From positions 2,400,001 through 2,464,000 of the forward strand of contig CAWDEM010000008.1 of NCBI GenBank assembly GCA_963801355.1: a stretch of 64,000 nucleotides of DNA, read 5' to 3'. The position numbers and the translations under genes are program-made. The stretch comes from Ignavibacteriota bacterium. Lineage in GTDB: Bacteria > Bacteroidota > Ignavibacteria > UBA10030 > UBA6906. A model generated the notes under the pieces. That model saw only the letters and a list, made by a program, of their open reading frames with translations. It was not told the DNA's origin and ran no database searches. Each line of letters starts with the position of its first letter. The stretch's first letter is position 1. Positions 61,548-64,000 of the stretch are shown here, piece by piece.

Positions 61548-62753
61548 CTACCGGTCAACTTCTCCAAGCACAATGTCAATACTGCCAAGGATTGCCACTA
61601 CGTCGGCGATCATCGCGCCACGACAGATGGCCGGGACCGCGGAGAGGTTGAGGAAGCATGGTGGCCGTACCTTGACACGGTACGGTGATGACGTGCCATC
61701 CGACACGATATAGAAGCCAAGCTCCCCTTTGGGTGTCTCGGTGCGCACGAAGACCTCTCCTGGCTCCGGGCGAATGCGCTTGGGAATAGCCGACTGCACG
61801 TCTCCGGCCGGGAGCTGTTCGACCGCCTGTTCGATAATATTGACGCTCTGTTCCATTTCATGGACACGGACCATGTAGCGGTCCCACGAATCGCCCACCC
61901 TCCCCTTGATACCCATCCCCACCGGGATGTCAAAAGCGAACCGGTTGTAGATGGAATACGGATCGTTCTTCCGGAGGTCCCATTTCACGCCGGAGCCCCG
62001 GAGCACGGGTCCGCTGGCACCGTAGTTGATGGCAACCTCGGGAGGCAGAACGCCGACGCCGGCCGTGCGTTCTTTGAAAATCTTGTTGTACGACAACAGT
62101 TCGTTGAGTTCGGCGATTTTGGGACGGAAGTACTTGCAGAAATCCCGTGTTTTGTCCTGGAAATTCGGCTTCACGTCGTGGGAAAGCCCCCCCACCCACA
62201 TATAGTTATAGAGCAGGCGGGCACCGCAGGTTTCTTCGAAGATATCCAGCACATGTTCCCGATCGCGCATGCAGTACAGAAACGGCGTGTAGGCTCCCAT
62301 GTCGATCCCGTATGTCCCGAGGGCGATCAGGTGGCTGACGATCCGGGAAAACTCCGCCATGATCACGCGGATGTATTCGACCCGCTCCGGGACCTGGATC
62401 TTCAGCAGCTTTTCCATGGCAACAACATAGCCGAACTCGTTGCTCATCGCCGCGACATAGTCGAGCCGATCGACGTACGGAATAACCTGCTGATAGTTGT
62501 TCATGTGCTCGGCGTGCTTTTCAAAGCACCGGTGCAGGTAACCGATTTGCGGAATGGCATCCACAACAATCTCGCCGTCCACGATCAGTTCAAGTCGCAA
62601 CACACCATGGGTGGACGGATGCTGCGGTCCCATGTTGATAACCATCTCTTCGGCCCGGAGCGGGCGTCCCAGTCCGGGAACGGTCGCCCGTCTCCGGCCC
62701 GCCTCGCCCTCTCCGGCTGCGCTTTCCTTTTGTGCTGTAACGGTGACGTCCAT
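61548..62753 (-). CDS. nuoD: NADH-quinone oxidoreductase subunit D
   Basis: NMGPQHPSTHGVLRL, GYLHR, DRLDY, C-terminal GEVDR. Confidence 0.96.
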   Translation of the reverse strand: MDVTVTAQKESAAGEGEAGRRRATVPGLGRPLRAEEMVINMGPQHPSTHGVLRLELIVDGEIVVDAIPQIGYLHRCFEKHAEHMNNYQQVIPYVDRLDYVAAMSNEFGYVVAMEKLLKIQVPERVEYIRVIMAEFSRIVSHLIALGTYGIDMGAYTPFLYCMRDREHVLDIFEETCGARLLYNYMWVGGLSHDVKPNFQDKTRDFCKYFRPKIAELNELLSYNKIFKERTAGVGVLPPEVAINYGASGPVLRGSGVKWDLRKNDPYSIYNRFAFDIPVGMGIKGRVGDSWDRYMVRVHEMEQSVNIIEQAVEQLPAGDVQSAIPKRIRPEPGEVFVRTETPKGELGFYIVSDGTSSPYRVKVRPPCFLNLSAVPAICRGAMIADVVAILGSIDIVLGEVDR

Positions 62754-63232
62754 TAGTACGGTACTTTCATGCCGTTGTAGAACTCAGGTACCTGGTAGTC
62801 CTTGCGGAGCGGAAACCCTTCCCAGTCATCGGGCATCAGAATGCGCCGCAGGTCGGGATGGCCATCAAAGACCACGCCGATCATATCGTATGCCTCGCGT
62901 TCCTGCCAGTTGGCGGCTTTCCAGATGGCCTCAACGGACTGGACGTGCGGATGGTCCGCCGTCACTTCTGTTTTCAGGACAATCCTGTGATTCCATTTCA
63001 TCGAGTACATATGGTACACCACACCGAGGCGTCCCTTCGTGTAGTCCATTCCCGTCAGCAACATGAGCGAATCAAATTGCATCCGACCGTCATCGCGGAG
63101 AAACAGGGCGATATCCCGCATTCTGTCGGGTGCAACGCGTATCCAGGGATCCAGCACACCATCCACTTTTGCCTCGAGGATGGCGTCGCCGAAGCTGCCC
63201 TTCAGGGCCTCGTGAATCTCTTGAGCAATCAT
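62753..63232 (-). CDS. nuoC: NADH-quinone oxidoreductase subunit C
   Basis: WQEREAYDMIG..F.GHPDLRRILMP..W.G.PLRKDY; start is MIAQE at 63232. Confidence 0.94.
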   Translation of the reverse strand: MIAQEIHEALKGSFGDAILEAKVDGVLDPWIRVAPDRMRDIALFLRDDGRMQFDSLMLLTGMDYTKGRLGVVYHMYSMKWNHRIVLKTEVTADHPHVQSVEAIWKAANWQEREAYDMIGVVFDGHPDLRRILMPDDWEGFPLRKDYQVPEFYNGMKVPY

Positions 63233-63269
63233 GGGTCTTCTTTTTTGTCGATAGTCAGCAGGTGTTGGA

Positions 63270-63764
63270 TCAGGCCGATTTCTTTTTTGCCAGGCTCTCG
63301 CTCCGGATTTTCTCCTTGAGCTTGAGCAAGCCTTCGAGGAGGGCTTCAGGACGGGGCGGACAGCCCGGAATATACACATCCACGGGAATCACCCGGTCAA
63401 CCCCTTTGAGGACATGGTACCCATGTTCCCAGTACGGGCCGCCGCAATTGGAACAGCTCCCCATGGAGATCACATACCGCGGCTCCGGCATCTGATCGTA
63501 CAGCACCTTGATGCGAGAGGCCATTTTGATCGTCACGGTCCCTGCAACGATCATTGCGTCAGCCTGCCGGGGGGAAGAACGGAAAAACGTTCCGAACCTG
63601 TCCAGATCGTAATGCGATGCGCCCGTCGCCATCATTTCGATCGCGCAGCAGGCCAGACCGAACTGAATGGGCCAGATGGAAGACAGACGCGCCCAGTTGA
63701 GCAGGCTGTCGGTGGAAGTGATAAGGATATTGCTGTTTTCAAAGCGCTGGTCAAGCAGTCCCAT
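63270..63764 (-). CDS. nuoB: NADH-quinone oxidoreductase subunit B
   Basis: [29 protein letters not shown]. Confidence 0.96.
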   Translation of the reverse strand: MGLLDQRFENSNILITSTDSLLNWARLSSIWPIQFGLACCAIEMMATGASHYDLDRFGTFFRSSPRQADAMIVAGTVTIKMASRIKVLYDQMPEPRYVISMGSCSNCGGPYWEHGYHVLKGVDRVIPVDVYIPGCPPRPEALLEGLLKLKEKIRSESLAKKKSA

Positions 63765-63774
63765 AGCGTTCCTG

Positions 63775-64000
63775 TCAGACGGCTATTTCTTCTTCAGTGA
63801 GCGGTGCCTCACGCACGCCGACTCCGCGTTCGTACCGCGGAATTCGTGGTGCGGGTTTGTCCCATTCCAGATCGCCTTTCCGCCAGACGTACGCGTACCC
63901 CGCGAGCAGAATAGTGAGGAACACGATCATCTCGAAGAATGCAAACCATCCGAGGGAGTTGTAGACGAGCGCCCAGGGAAAGAGGAAGACCACCTCTACG
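63775..64000 (-). CDS. nuoA: NADH-quinone oxidoreductase subunit A (3' part, truncated by the window edge)
   Basis: [22 protein letters not shown]; lies upstream of nuoB. Confidence 0.9.
   Translation of the reverse strand, partial: VEVVFLFPWALVYNSLGWFAFFEMIVFLTILLAGYAYVWRKGDLEWDKPAPRIPRYERGVGVREAPLTEEEIAV

Noticed and set aside
1-64000. Mobile elements, prophage, defence systems, tRNA or rRNA
   Set aside because: No integrase, transposase, phage, restriction or cas motifs and no tRNA/rRNA signatures were seen; gene content is housekeeping.

Overview
High-GC core-chromosome segment, probably from an Ignavibacteria/Chlorobi-like (FCB group) bacterium. This is inferred from a T9SS-type C-terminal domain, canonical sigma70 promoters and a nuo operon without nuoEFG. 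It is densely coding, with about 57 genes: lysine catabolism (lat, ALDH, gcdH), purine genes (purB, purD, guaB), envelope genes, a sigma54 signalling cluster, the Nif3/zinc-ribbon/rnhA/RNase P RNA/recJ/ruvCAB block, uvrA, dnaK-clpB, birA-coaX and nuoA-D,H-N. No CRISPR array, tRNA, rRNA, transposase or prophage gene was seen. Most notable observations: (1) a small predicted lipoprotein, split by a 1-nt frameshift and missed by the ORF track, that is a free-standing paralogue of the prodomain of the adjacent T9SS-type CspA-like subtilase, a candidate protease/cognate-inhibitor pair; (2) a ~150-nt promoter-to-terminator non-coding unit upstream of the Nif3 operon; (3) a receiver-HisKA protein lacking the ATPase domain, divergent from a receiver and a sigma54 activator; (4) a perfect sigma54 promoter with repeated enhancer-like boxes upstream of dnaK; (5) an acylating aldehyde dehydrogenase with a microcompartment encapsulation-peptide-like tail; (6) a basic tandem-repeat N-terminal extension on Lat; (7) related heptamer-repeat palindromes at two convergent gene junctions. 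All calls come from manual reading and motif recognition; no searches were run.
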